Shown here: positions 51,025-63,211 of the stretch, in pieces
Layout: every line of letters begins with the position of its first letter
How positions within the stretch are numbered: position 1 is the stretch's first letter
Source: Callorhinchus milii
Taxonomy: Eukaryota
Length of the DNA stretch: 64,000 nucleotides
Reading direction: 5' to 3'
Assembly (NCBI RefSeq): GCF_018977255.1
Contig: NW_024704742.1
Location: forward strand, 70,310,001-70,374,000
Position numbers and translations under genes: made by a program
Notes under the pieces: model-generated
What the model was told of the DNA's origin: nothing
What the model saw: only the letters and a program-made list of their open reading frames with translations
The model's database searches: none

Positions 51025-52942
51025 ATCACCCCAGTCCTTGCCCGGCTCCACTGGCTCCCTATGGCAGAACAGATTGATTTTAAGATTCTCACACTCTTGT
51101 ACAAATCATACACTCGCACTCCCTACTTCTCTGATCTGCTCATACCCCACTCTTCTACCTGTCACCTTTGCTCGGCTGACTCCGGCCTCCTGCACATAAT
51201 AATAATAATAATCCTTGCATTTGATATAGTGCTTTTCACGTCGGGAGGACGTCCCAAAGCGCTTCACAGAACACACTGTAAAGTGAATTTACTGTATATT
51301 TGTGGGCGAACGCGGCAGCCAATTGCGCACAGCAATGTCCCACAAACAGCCGTAGATTGAAAATGACCAATTTATTATTGGTTTTGGTTTTGGAGGGATT
51401 ATACATCCGTCGTACCCTCCGCTCCACCATCAATGGCCGTACTTTCAGCACTGAACCCCAAAACTCTAGACCCCTATGCTTCAATCGCTCCAGCTTGCTC
51501 CCTTATTGGCTGTTTTCAGATCTTATTGGAACCGTGCCCTCTTTCTCCAGCTTGGCATCAGGCTGTTAAGCACTGCCCCCACGTGAAGACTACTGTATGA
51601 ATGGAAGTTGTCTCTTCTGAGTCACCTTATCTCAAGACTGAAGAGACCGAGTTTGTCTAATCGTTGCTCACAGCTCATTCCTCTAACACTGGGGATCAGC
51701 CTCGTTGCTCTCCTCTGCACTGTCTCTAGGGCCTGAGCAGCTCCTTATGTCACAGTGACCATAACTGCCTGCAGTGTTCAAGGTGGGGCCTGACCAGGGT
51801 CCTGTAAAGTGTGAAGTCCGGGGAAGCTTTTTCTCACACAGAATGCCTGATTCAGCACACTGGGCTCTACGTGGAGCTGAGCGAAGCACCTTGAATCAAA
51901 TATATCCTTCTGTCTCACGCACCATCAAATCTTAAATTGCTGTCAGGCATACAGCTACACATCAGTGAGCCTCTTGGCTTAGAACATACCTTAGTCTGAC
52001 ATTGCATCACGCACTTCACACTGTTGTGTTCCCTTCATGCTAGATAGCAGCCCACCAGTCACACAGTGAGAGCGAGAGGGACAGAGGGAGAGAGATAGAT
52101 TGGCAGGGAGAGACACAGAGACGCAGAGAGAGAGATGCAGAAAAAGATGCAGAGAAAGACTCAGAGTCAGAAACAGACACACACTGAGAAACATCAGACA
52201 CCGGGAGAGAAAAACAAACAGAGAGAGACACAAGAAAGAGAGAAACAGAAAGCGAGACATAAGCAGAGACTGGATGGACATTGTCGTATCTTTCTTTAAG
52301 GAAAATAGGGGTAGAAATGATGCCCAAATTTAGACTTAATCTATTTATTTGGCATTTCAGACCATTTGGAATTGGTCAGTATCTTAACACCAGCCTTATT
52401 GTTTGCAGGCTGCTGACCTAAAAGTTATCTTAAAGAACTGCTCAACACCGGTTTAAGAGTTAGGACAAAACTCTAGAATTTGACGATGTTTAAAATGTTG
52501 AGAAAATGGATCAAACCTACACTCATGAGAAATATCTCTACTGTTGATTATATCTTCTGATACTCTAGGCTCCATCCTGGAGTCCCTCTGAATGACCCCT
52601 TTCCTCTCCTCCTTCAAAGTCAGCCTCAAGACCTTCCTCTTTAATCACACCTTCGGCCATCTTTCTCCCCTTTGACCCTCCTCCCTAAACATCGCTTTCA
52701 TCCTGATGTGAATGGTGCTGAATATAAATTTTATGCTGTTGTTGTAAGTAATAACTTGCATTTGCTATGGCACCCATAGCATTGAAACACTTCAAATGCT
52801 TCAAGTGCAATGATTGTGTATTTTGTGCATGAAAGTGGCAGCTAACATCTCAAAAACAGCCGTGAAGTGACTGATTGATTTTATCTGGGGTATCGTTGGC
52901 CAGGACACTGAGAGATAGAGATTCCCTTCTCTTTTCCAATCA

Positions 52943-53258
52943 GGAGTCCTGTAGCTCAGTGGTTAGAACACTTGCCTCGCAAGCGAGAGACCTGGGTTCA
53001 GTTTCCGGCAGGGCAAAATCTTGGGCAAGTTTCCTTACTCCACACACCTGATAATAATCCCTCAAAAAAAAACATTAATAAATTGGTCACTTCAATCCAC
53101 GACTGTTGGTGGGACACTGCTGTGCGCAATTGGCTGCCGCGTTTCGCCCACAAATATGCAGTCAAATTCACTTTACAGTACATTATGTGAAGCGCTTTGA
53201 GACGTCTAAAAGCTGTGAAAAGCGCTATATCAAATGCAAGGATGATTATTATTATTAT
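52943..53258 (+). mobile_element. Full-length young tRNA-SINE
   Basis: GGAGTCCTGTAGCTCAGTGG head through (ATT)n tail. Confidence 0.9.
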
Positions 53259-53536
53259 AGCGCCCCAGGATCTTTAACGACCACTCGAACAGGCAGAGAC
53301 GAGACCTTGGTGTAACAACATCTACTAGCATTTATATAGCGCCATTCACGCAGGGTGGCATCTCGGAGCGCTTGAAGGATGGCTCCTCCGACAAATGCAA
53401 CACTTCCCCACCCAGCACTGCTGGATTGTCAGCCTAGACTGAGCTCAGGATCCCCAATGTGGGATCTTGAACCTACAACCTTCTGCCTTGGAGACAAGAG
53501 TTGTACCCAATGATAACTTGCATTTGCTTCTTTTAG

Positions 53537-53612
53537 CCATGGACATTACGGATATATTGAAGGGCAAAGCAGAAAGTGATGAAGACAAGCATCATTTCAT
53601 TCCGTTTCAACA
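53537..53612 (+). CDS. DOCK2: DOCK2-like exon 11 ([26 protein letters not shown])
   Basis: TTTTAG acceptor, GTAAGT donor, 76 nt; KGKAESDE is DOCK2-type. Confidence 0.95.
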
Positions 53613-54293
53613 GTAAGTACCTCTTGCACCACAACATAACATGGACCTCCTTCACCCAAACCCTTAGCAGCGGGCACTTAAACACTGTAGTAAAATGGGC
53701 AGACAGATGGCAAATTAAGTACAGTATACTCTTGATAACTCGGTCCTGGCTTAACTTGTCAATCCCACTTTAGTCATGGTGCTGTCAATTCCCTGGCTGC
53801 AGTTACTTAGGTATTTATACATATGCTTTACTCACCGCTTCTGATAAGTCGTCACTGAGACCTTATCCCTCGGAGCAACAAGTCATCAGGAATTTACTGT
53901 AATTCACTTTGGCAGAAAAATCAAGAAGCCGTCTATAGTCTATATCAAAGAGATCTGGGGATTCGGATCATGCCGGCCCCACAGGGATTCCTCCCATCTG
54001 GGTCCTGCTAACCCTACAAGCCAAAGCCCCAGTGCAGGCCTACCTGGAGAGGCAGCGGGGAAACTCCCCAGTGTTCACAGTTCCACCTGCTTCAGCTCCA
54101 GTGAGATCCCAACACACAGGATTAGACAATGTGTTTGGGTGAAGGAGGCACTTTGGGTCTCTGATCTCATCCCTCCAGAACATCTGCCCGACTGTGCTCT
54201 CGTCACAGCTTCAAGCAACCCTCAGACAGCCAGTCCTGTTTGAGCCTGGCCTCAACTCAACTCAGCCAGCCTTCCTGGTGACCTGCTACAGTT

Positions 54294-54612
54294 ATAATAA
54301 TAATAATCCTTGCATTTGATATAGCGCTTTTCACGTCGGGAGGACGTCCCAAAGCGCTTCACAGAACACACTGTAAAGTGAATTTACTGTATTGTGTAGG
54401 CGAACGCGGCAGCCAATTGCGCACAGCAATGTCCCACAAACAGTCGTAGATTGAAAATGACCAATTTATTATTGTTTTGGGTTTTGGAGGGATTATTATT
54501 AGGCTCTGTGTGGAGTAAGGAAACTTGCCCAAGGTTTCGCCCTCTGCCTGGAATTGAACTCAGGTCTCTCGCTTGCAAAGCGAGTGCTCTAACCACTGAG
54601 CTACAGGACTCC
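54294..54612 (-). mobile_element. Full-length young tRNA-SINE, near-identical to 48855-49180
   Basis: Translations 48853-49137(+) and 54384-54614(-) are almost identical. Confidence 0.92.
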
Positions 54613-55028
54613 ACTATTGTTATTCAGAGGAGAGGAAGGGGTCATCCTCAAGCCTAGACGGAGTGGTGGGAGTGGGAAATAGTGAAGGCAGGTTTTGTGT
54701 GTGTGTGTGTGGGGGGAAGGGGTGGGATAGAGTGGAGGTGTTTAAAGGTCAGATATTGGGCGTTAATGTTGATCTGCTGGGGGAAGGTGATTCGGTTGAT
54801 GGCGGGGGTGTTGGCAGAGGTAAGGGTGGGGGTGCGGAGCCCGGTTGCAAGAGAGATGCCGGGAGTTGAGTATGATCTGGAGATTGTGGAGGGGGGAAGC
54901 TGGGTAAGGCCGGGAACGAGCAGTGTTACTGAGCAGTGGCTTGGGAGAGGACAGCAGCCGTGGGAATTCTAAACACAGTTGTCAAACCCTCTTGTGGTCT
55001 TAACTCTTTTGGAAATGCTTCTTCACAG

Positions 55029-55108
55029 AGTGGCGGCAGAGAACGACTTCCTGCACAGTTTAATCCACAAAGCGATCGCGGCGAAGGAGGTCCATCACAA
55101 GGGACAAG
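55029..55108 (+). CDS. DOCK2: DOCK2-like exon 12 (VAAENDFLHSLIHKAIAAKEVHHKGQG)
   Basis: CACAG acceptor, GTAATC donor, 80 nt; within ORF 54979-55212. Confidence 0.94.
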
Positions 55109-56202
55109 GTAATCTCCTCCTATTCCCCCCCAGGGATCATTACAAGCTCCCACCTCAGCTCAGAGCTCCACAGTCTAGGCTGGAGGGAGCACTGCATTAT
55201 CAGATGGGATGAAACAATAAACCCTCAGATAAGATATTAAACCAAGCTCCTGTCTATACTTGTTCAGGTCTGTGTCCTGGACATTAAACATCCCACAGTC
55301 CTATTGGGAAAGAGAAGGGAGTTTCTCTCTCTCTTTGTGTCCTGGCCAACAATCCCCCAGATAACATTGGTCACTCTGGCTATTTTTGGACATTGCTGTG
55401 CACAAATTAGCTGCCGCATCGGCCCACAAATCACGTAGTCACTACACTTTATATTAAATTCTGTGAGACTCTTTGAGTTTCTCATGCTAAAAAAGTCTTC
55501 AGTGTCATCAAGTCGTTATCAAGGACCCTTCTTGCTTTGGCATAAACCAGAAAGTGATGTTGGGAGATCATCTGACTGGAAATCGACCTTTATTTCTATT
55601 AGCTGAAGCGGTAACCGTGATGGTGCCTTGCTGAAAACTGTACTGTGGATCAGGATTTTAAGGATCCCAAACACTGTTGCATGTTTGAGTACACTGTGTC
55701 ATAAAGTGGAGCGCTCCAAGACGCTATCCTGCCTGAAGAAACTCTAGTTGTTGTTGTTGATGTCCTACGGGTTGATGCTCTTGGGGAGATTAGTCACTAC
55801 ACCAATTTTTTAGTGCGGTGATCACAACATCAATAAAAAATTGCTGTTATATATCAAGTTTCACATCGGGAGGATGTCACAAAGTGCTGGATAGTCAAGG
55901 GTTTGCACCCGAGCTGGGGGTTGGAGTCAAGAGAGGTGGAGGGCAAGGAAGGTGGAGGTGGAAGATGACCGAAAGTGTGGTCATAGGTCTTGAAGGAGGC
56001 AAGGGAAGGGGCGAGGTGGAGGGATTCCAGGATGGAGTTCCAGAGAGTGTGGGCAGAAAGTTTGTTCAAAATGCAAGTGTTATTGTTTATATTAATTTGT
56101 TCTTTCTTCCCCTCCCCCACCGCACTCTCACACCTCCACCCACAACCACCACTACCCTCACTACCCCCAAAACACACGTGCACACACATACAACACACAC
56201 AG

Positions 56203-56328
56203 GTCTTTGGGTCTCCATGAAACTCCTGTCAGGGGATCTGAAACAGATCCGGAAGGACCATCCACACTTGGTGGACAGGAACACGGTTGTGGCGAGAAAG
56301 ATGGGATTTCCCGAGATCATCATGCCAG
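56203..56328 (+). CDS. DOCK2: DOCK2-like exon 13 ([41 protein letters not shown])
   Basis: ACACAG acceptor, GTGAGG donor, 126 nt; [13 protein letters not shown] motif. Confidence 0.95.
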
Positions 56329-57375
56329 GTGAGGCCGCTCAGTGCCCCAGTGACAGGCAGATTGAGGGTTGTCAGCCAGCTGTCTGACACATGCTAAACC
56401 CCAACTCCGTGCTTAGCAGTCTTCAAACCAGATTCTTGAGTTCTACAACGATACACTTCTAGAGTCCCTTAGAATAGTGGTTACCTCGCTAGCCTCGCAA
56501 GCGAGAGGACCTGGGTTCGATTCCCAAGCAGGGCAAAACGTTAGGCAAGTTTCCTTAGTCCTTACTTCTCTGTTTACCAAGCAGTAAGTAGGAACCCGGT
56601 TATTAGACGACTGGCGAATCGCTTTCCGCGGCTGAATCCACGGCTGTTTGTGGTACATTGCTATGCGCAATTGGCTGCTGCATTTTGCCGACAACATTTA
56701 CTGTCAATCCACTTTACAATATATCCTGTGAAGCGCTTTGAGAAGTCTCAACAACGTAATAAGGCGCTGTATCAAATGCAAGGATTATTATTATTTCCTA
56801 CATGTGGAAATTTCAGGTCTAGGCCTGGCTCCCACTCACTTCTTGAAGGTTATGGCTTCAAGGCCCCGGGTCGGGGGCCATTGAGCTCATACAGTCTATG
56901 CTGACACTCCAGTGCAGTTCTGGGTGGGGGAGGGAATGTTACATTGGCGGAGGTGCTGTCCTGGGGGCTATTTGCGCTGCATTGCTGCGAGGAAATTGGC
57001 TGCCAGATTCACCTACAAAGCACACACATTATAAAGATACACTTTACAGTGAAATCTTGTTAAGTGCTTTGAGACGTCTTCCGGATGTAAAAGGCGCAGT
57101 ATTAGATTTCAGGATTATTATGTATTAAATGCAAGTTGTTGTATTTAATGAATTCCTGTGAGAGAGACACAAATTCAGCACCAACTGTAGTGATAGGAGC
57201 AAATCCTGGAAGCACTTTGAAATGTGCTCCCGACGTGAAAGTGCCGGAGCAAACGTAAGGTCCATTACTATTTTAAGATTCTATTTCTATTAGGTTGAGT
57301 ATTGATATGCTCTGGAACCCTAAGAGTGGCCACCAGAGGGCATCAGACGTCACAACACTGTAGCCTTGGCACACG

Positions 57376-57378
57376 CGT

Positions 57379-57409
<31 letters not shown>

Positions 57410-57790
57410 GGCAGGTGAGTGAGTGTGTGGGGGGGGCGGTGAATATGTGAGTGTGGGGGGGGGCGGGTGAGTGTGTGTGTGTTGGGGGGGAGGGGGCCTG
57501 GTTGAGTGTGTGTGTGTGTGGGGGCGTCGGGTGAGTGTGTGTGTGTGTGGGGGGGTCGGGTGAGTGTGTGTGTGTTGGGGGGAGGGGGCGTGGTTGAGTG
57601 TGTGTGTGTGTGGGGGCGTCGGGTGAGTGTGTGTGTGTGTGGGGGGGTCGGGTGAGTGTGTGTGTGTGGGGGGGGGGGGTCGGGTGAGTGTGTGTGTGTG
57701 GGGGGGAGGGCGGGTGAGTGTGTGTGTGTGTGGGGGGGCGGGTGAGTGTGTGTGGGGGGGGCGGGTGAGTGTGTGTGCGGGGGTGGTGCT
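57376..57790. repeat. G/GT-rich minisatellite (CGGGTGAGTGTGTGTGTGTGGGGGG)n
   Basis: Tandem units of variable length with long G runs. Confidence 0.92.
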
Positions 57791-58039
57791 TGTGAGGGAG
57801 AACGGGAGGACGACAGTAGGTTTAATTCAGAGAAATATTGAAAAGCCGAATTGTGAAACAGCAGCTGTGTGAACTCATTAAAAGGAAAGTATTTATAAGA
57901 GGAAGCCGGACATGGGGGAGAAGGGACTGAAATGTATTGGGAAGGAGTAAGGAGTGAGTGGAATACAAACAACACCGGCACGGACTAGCTGGGCCGAATG
58001 GCCTGTTTCCATGCTGTACATTCCATTTAAGACATTTAA

Positions 58040-60060
58040 ATCATAGAATCATAGAAATGTACAGCACAAAAAGAGGCCATTCGGCCCATCGAATCTGTGC
58101 CGGCTCTTTGAATAGAGCAATTAATGTCAATCCCACTCCCCAGCCCTTTCCCCATAACCCTGCAAACCCGTCCTCCTCAAATACCCGTTTTTAAAAGTTG
58201 TTATCGAATCGGCCTCGGCCACCCTTTCAGGCAATGCGTTCCAGATTAAAACAACTCGCTGCGTGAAAACATTTCTTCTCACCTCTCCTCTGCTTCTTTT
58301 AGAGACTATTTTGAATCTGTGACCTCGAGTCACCGACACACCCACCAGTGGAAACAGTTTTTCCCTTTCTAACCTATCAAATCCCCTCATGATTTTGAAG
58401 ACCTCTATTAGGTCTCCTCGTAACCTTCTCTGCTCCAATGAGAATAATCCCAGCCTCTCGTGCCTTTCCTCATAATCAAGGCATCTCATTCCTGGTACCA
58501 TCCTTGTAAATCTCCTCTGCACCCTTTCCAATGCCTTAACATCCTTCCTATAGTGTGGTGCCCAGAACTGGGCGCAGTATTCTAACTGAGGCCTAACCAG
58601 TGCTTTATATAGGTTAATCATTACCTCCTGACTCTTGTACTCTATGCCCCTATTTATAAAGCCTAGTATCCCATTTGCCCTTTTTTACAGCCTTATCTAC
58701 CTGTCCTGCCACCTTCAAGGATTCATTTACCTGCACCCCCAGGTCTCTCTGTTCTTTTACCCCCTTAAGATTGTATTACCAGCCTGTATTCCTCCCCTCA
58801 TTCTTTCTACCAAAATGCATTACTTCGCATTTCGCATTGAAACTCATCTGCCATGTGTCTGCCCATTTTACCATTCTGTCTATGTCTTCCTGCAGTTGGC
58901 TCCTATTCTTCTCACTGTTTACCACCCTATCTAATTTTATGTCGTCCGCAAATTTGGAAATGGTGCTTGCTATACCCAAGTCCAGATCATTTATGTATAT
59001 TAAGAAGAGCAGTGGTCCTAATGCCGATCCCTGGGGGAAGCCACTGTATACTTCCCTCCAGTCAGAAAAGCAGCCGTTCACCCCAACTCTCTGCTTTCTG
59101 TCCTCCAGCCAGTTCTGGATCCATGCTGCCACTCTCCCTTTTATGCCATGGGCTTCTATCTTTCTTACAAGTCTTTTATGTGGCACTTTGCCAAATGCCT
59201 TTTGAAAGTCTATATAAACTACATCAACTGCACTACCTTTATCCACCCTCTCCGTTACCTCATCGAAAAATTCTATTAGATTTGTTAGACAAGATTTGCC
59301 TTTAACAAATCCGTGCTGGCTGTCCCTAATTAACCCATATTCTTCTAAGTGAAGATTTATTCTGTCCCGGATTATAGTCTCCAGGAGTTTGCCCACTACT
59401 GATGTTAGGCTGACTGGCCTGTAGTTCCCAGGTTTGTCCTTCTGCCCCTTTTTGTACAGGGGAGTCACATTGGCTACTCCTGTGTCCAACGAAGATTGAA
59501 AAATTGTAGCCAAAGCCTCCGCTATTTGTACCCGTGCCTCCCATAGTACCCTTGGTTGCATCCCGTCCGGACCGGGTGACTTATTTACCTTCAGCGCAGT
59601 CAACCTTTTCAGTACTTCCTCTTTGTTTATACTTATCCTATCCATTTCCTCTACCCTCTCCTCCGATACCGCGGCATTTGGTGCATCCACTTCTTTTGTG
59701 AAGACAGATGCAAAGTACTCATTCAGCACATCAGCCATGCCCTCTGCCTCCACAATAAGATTTCCTCCTTGGTCCTTAATTGGCCCCACCCTACCTTTGA
59801 TTAGCCTTTTTTCCTTGATATGTTTGTAAAATACTTTAGAATTCCCTTTAAGGTTACCTGCTAACCTTTTTTCGTATAATCTTTTTGCCCCTCTTATTTC
59901 CTTTTTCAAACCTCTTCTGCACTTCCTATATTCGATTTGGTTGTCTTCTGTATCTTGGGTTCGACATTTGTCATAAGCCGCCTCCTTCGGCTTCATTTTA
60001 GATACAATTAGCTTCGTCATCCACAGAGGTTTGGAAGCCCTACTTTTCCCTTTTATTTTT
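58040..60060 (-). mobile_element. CR1-clade LINE, 5'-truncated ORF2 (RT) remnant in intron 13
   Basis: 414-aa ORF with KSPGPDG, PGNYRPVSLTS, QHGF, DFQKAF, PQGSALGP, FADD; frameshifted C-terminal ORF 58127-58621 (LVRPQLEYC, RLRGDLIEVFK); 3' end (ATTCTATG)-type repeats at 58041-58056. Confidence 0.95.
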
Positions 60061-60489
60061 CTTCTTATTCTTTTTTTTTGGCTAAATGCTTATTGAATCT
60101 GGAGGTTGCCACCTTTAAATAATAATCAAAATAAAAATCGTTACGTTTGATAGAGCGTCTTTCACGTTGCGAGAACGTCTCACAATGTTTCACTTGATTT
60201 ACTGTGTATTTTGTTGGTGAACGCAGCAGTCAGTTTACTCACAGCAATGTCCCACAAACAGCCATGAAGTGAACAACCAATTTTATTTGGGGGCTTGCCG
60301 GCCAGGACACTGAGAGAAACTACTTTCTCTTTTTGAGTAACGCCACAGGATATTCACCTTCCATCTGAATGGGCATTGATGGGCTCAGTTTAACATGTCA
60401 TGTGAGCGATGGCACTTACTCCACAGCCCTGCAGTATCACCTTAGACTATATGGGTTCCAGATTAGGATGTGGGGTTTGAACCCACAAC

Positions 60490-62110
60490 AGCACCAATGG
60501 TGGAGCGGAGGGTATGAGCCATAAACAGGAGGCTGGAGCCAGCTGAGGCGGAGACAGTGGGTGGGGAAGTGGGGGGTAAGCAGATCAGATAGGTAGGAAG
60601 GTATAAGAATTGAAATGAAAACGAGTGAGAGGATCTTGAAACCGATCCGTTCGATAATTGGGAGTCAAAGCAGCCTGGCAAGGCTTGGTGTGATGGGGAT
60701 ATGGAGTTTTGTGCGGTGACTATCCGGGTGGCGGAGTTGTGAATTAGTTGAATTTTGTGAATGATGGAGCTGAGGAGACCAGCGAGGGAGCATTGGAATA
60801 GTCCAGCCAGTAAGTGACAAAGGCGTAGACGAGGGTTTTAACTGCATTGGTTGTGAGGTACGGACGGAGGCGGGCAATGTGATGGAGGTGGAAAAAATCT
60901 GTCCTGGTCAGGGGAACGGATGTGGAGTAGAAAGGAAAGCTGGGGATCGAACCTAACACCAAAGTTGCGCACGGTTCGGTGAGTCTGAGGAAGAACCCAG
61001 GGAGGTTGAGGAGCTCAGACCCGCAGGAGAGAAAACGTTGATTGGAGCCAAAGAGTATGGCTTCCGTCTTGCCAACAGCTGCAGGAAATTTGCGCTTATC
61101 CAGGACTTGATGTCTGTCAAACAAGCTGACAGGACATTAGCGGATTGGGAATCGCAGCTGGGGAAGAAGAAGATTTGGGTATTATCCACTTACATGTGGA
61201 AGTTGACCCAATGTCTGTGGGTGACGTCGCCAAGAGGGAGCATGTAGATGAAGAAGAGAAGGGGGACAAAGCTGGAGCTTTGGGGTACCCCGCAGTTAAC
61301 CAGGCTGGGGCAGAAAGAAAAAACATTTTTCGAGATGTATTGTTGCCAGTTTGTTAAGTAGGACTGGAACCAAGCGAGTGTGGTCCCACTCGCGTGGTTG
61401 AGGGAGGAGGATGGCATGATTGACTGTGTCAAACACGCTGGAGAGGTTGAGGAGAATGAGAAGGCAGAGGGAGCCCAGGTCACAGTCATTGTTACTTAGA
61501 TGAGCGCTGTCTCTGTGGTGTGGGCAGGGCGAATACTGGACTGGATGGGTTCGAGTAGGGAGTGGAGGGAGAGGTGTGAGCAAAGTTAATTTGCAATGAC
61601 GGGTTACTAAAACTTTGGCCAGGAAAGGCAGGTTTGAGATAGGTCTGAAGTGAGTGAAGTTGGAGGGATTGAGGGTAGGTTTTTTTAAGAAGAGGATAGC
61701 GGTTTTGAGGGGGAGTGGACAGAGCCTGAGGAGAGGAACTGGTTAATTGTGTCAGCAAGGAGTGGGCAGAAGAGGAGGAGTTGAATGACCAGAAGTTGAG
61801 TGGGGATGGGTTTGAGCAGCAGTGATGGGTGATGGAAAGGGAGGAGGGAGGAAAGGGGGCAAAGGAGTATAGGGTGTGGGTCGTTGTAGGAGCCATGGTA
61901 AGAGGAGAGGGTGATGAAGGAGCCATGATGGTGGTGGTAGGTGACATGGGGGGACGGGAGAGGAGGAGCAGCCAGGTTTTCTATATTAGAGATAAAGAAG
62001 TCCGTGACCTCTTCGCACTCGATATCAGAAGTGAGGATTGACGGTGCTTGAGAGGGAGCGTGGAGCAGGTGGTGGAAAGTGGAGAACAGGATTTTGGGGT
62101 TATTTTGAAC
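60490..62110 (-). mobile_element. Degenerate L2-clade LINE RT remnant
   Basis: Fragmented minus-strand peptides LLNLSSVFDTVNH, WFQSYLTN, GVPQSS..PLLF, DIKSWISANFLQL, AFVTYWLDYSNA; many frameshifts. Confidence 0.85.
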
Positions 62111-62199
62111 ACAACTTCAGAGCAGAGAGTTCTACCGACTGAGCCAGGTTGACACATGACTGAAGTGTGGGCCAGAGATGTAAATGTACCAATATTTCA

Positions 62200-63045
62200 C
62201 CACATAGAAACCATCTGTTTTGACTCAAGATGGTTCTCGCCCATTACTACCGAGAAGATTTCCCCGTTACAATTGAGGGAATTTCCTCATTATTGTCTGG
62301 CAGATTTCCCTGTTATAATCAAGGGGATTTCTCCATTATAGTATACAGGATATTACAATTACAGTCTAGGGGGATTTCCTCATTACAGACTAGAACAACA
62401 ACAAGATTCCATTTATAGAGCGCCTTTCACGTCGGGAGGACGTCCCAAGGCGCTGTACAGTTGGGTCAGGACCCGAGCGGGGGGAGAATGGTCAGGGTGA
62501 GGGGAGGGAAGGGAGGGAGCGAGGAGGGGGGAAATGGTCAGGGTGAGGGGAGGGAAGGGAGGGAGGGAGCGAGGAGGGGGTAGAGAGTCGAGAGGGGAGC
62601 TGAAGGCTCGGTCAAAGAGAAAGGTCTTGAGACCGGCCTTGAAGGAGGAAAGGGAGGAGGCGGCGAAGGCACTGGGGGATAGAGTTCCAGAGCCTCGGGG
62701 CTGAGAGGCTGAAGGCCCGGCCACCGATGGTAGGGCGGTTGGGGCGGGGGATGTGGAGCAGACCGGAGCCAGAGGAACGGAGGGTACGGGCAGGTAGGTA
62801 GGGGGATAGTAGGTCAGAGAGGTAGGAGGGAGCGAGGCCGTGAATGGCCTTGTAGGTCAAATCTAGGGGATTTCCTCATTACAGGCCAAAGGGATTTCCC
62901 CCTTACATTCTAGCGGATTTCCCCATTGTAGGCCAAGGAATTTCCCCATTACAATCCAGTGGATTTCCCCATTATAGCTCGGGGATTTCCCCATTACAGG
63001 CAAGGGGATTTGGCCATTACAGTCTGGAGGATTTCCCCGTTGCTC
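62200..63045. repeat. Degenerate ~22-bp minisatellite (GGGGATTTCCCCATTACA-type), split by an L2 insertion
   Basis: Units at ~62200-62392 and 62862-63045; related array at ~48710-49690, split by two SINEs. Confidence 0.85.
62393..62860 (-). mobile_element. Young L2 LINE 3' fragment
   Basis: TYKAIHGLAPSYLSDLL..RTLRSS..IGGRAFS..APRLWNSIP..SFKAGLKTFLF; CpG-rich; 3' stem-loop plus (GTT)n tail. Confidence 0.9.
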
Positions 63046-63086
63046 TCCGAGAGTAACGAAGTGCTTGCGTTCCCTGTCCACCTCAG

Positions 63087-63211
63087 GTGACGTGCGGAAC
63101 GACATCTACGTGACTCTGGTGCAGGGTGAGTTCGACAAACAGAACAAGACCACGCAGAAGAACGTCGAGGTGACCATGTGCGTGTGTGACGAGTATGGAA
63201 GTGTCATCCCG
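63087..63211 (+). CDS. DOCK2: DOCK2-like exon 14, start of DHR-1/C2 ([42 protein letters not shown])
   Basis: CCTCAG acceptor, GTAAGC donor, 125 nt; RNDIY.TL.QG motif. Gene continues beyond the window. Confidence 0.95.

Noticed and set aside
58776..60020. Active or domesticated reverse transcriptase gene
   Set aside because: 5'-truncated with no endonuclease domain, internal deletions and a frameshift before the C-terminus; an ordinary CR1 relic.
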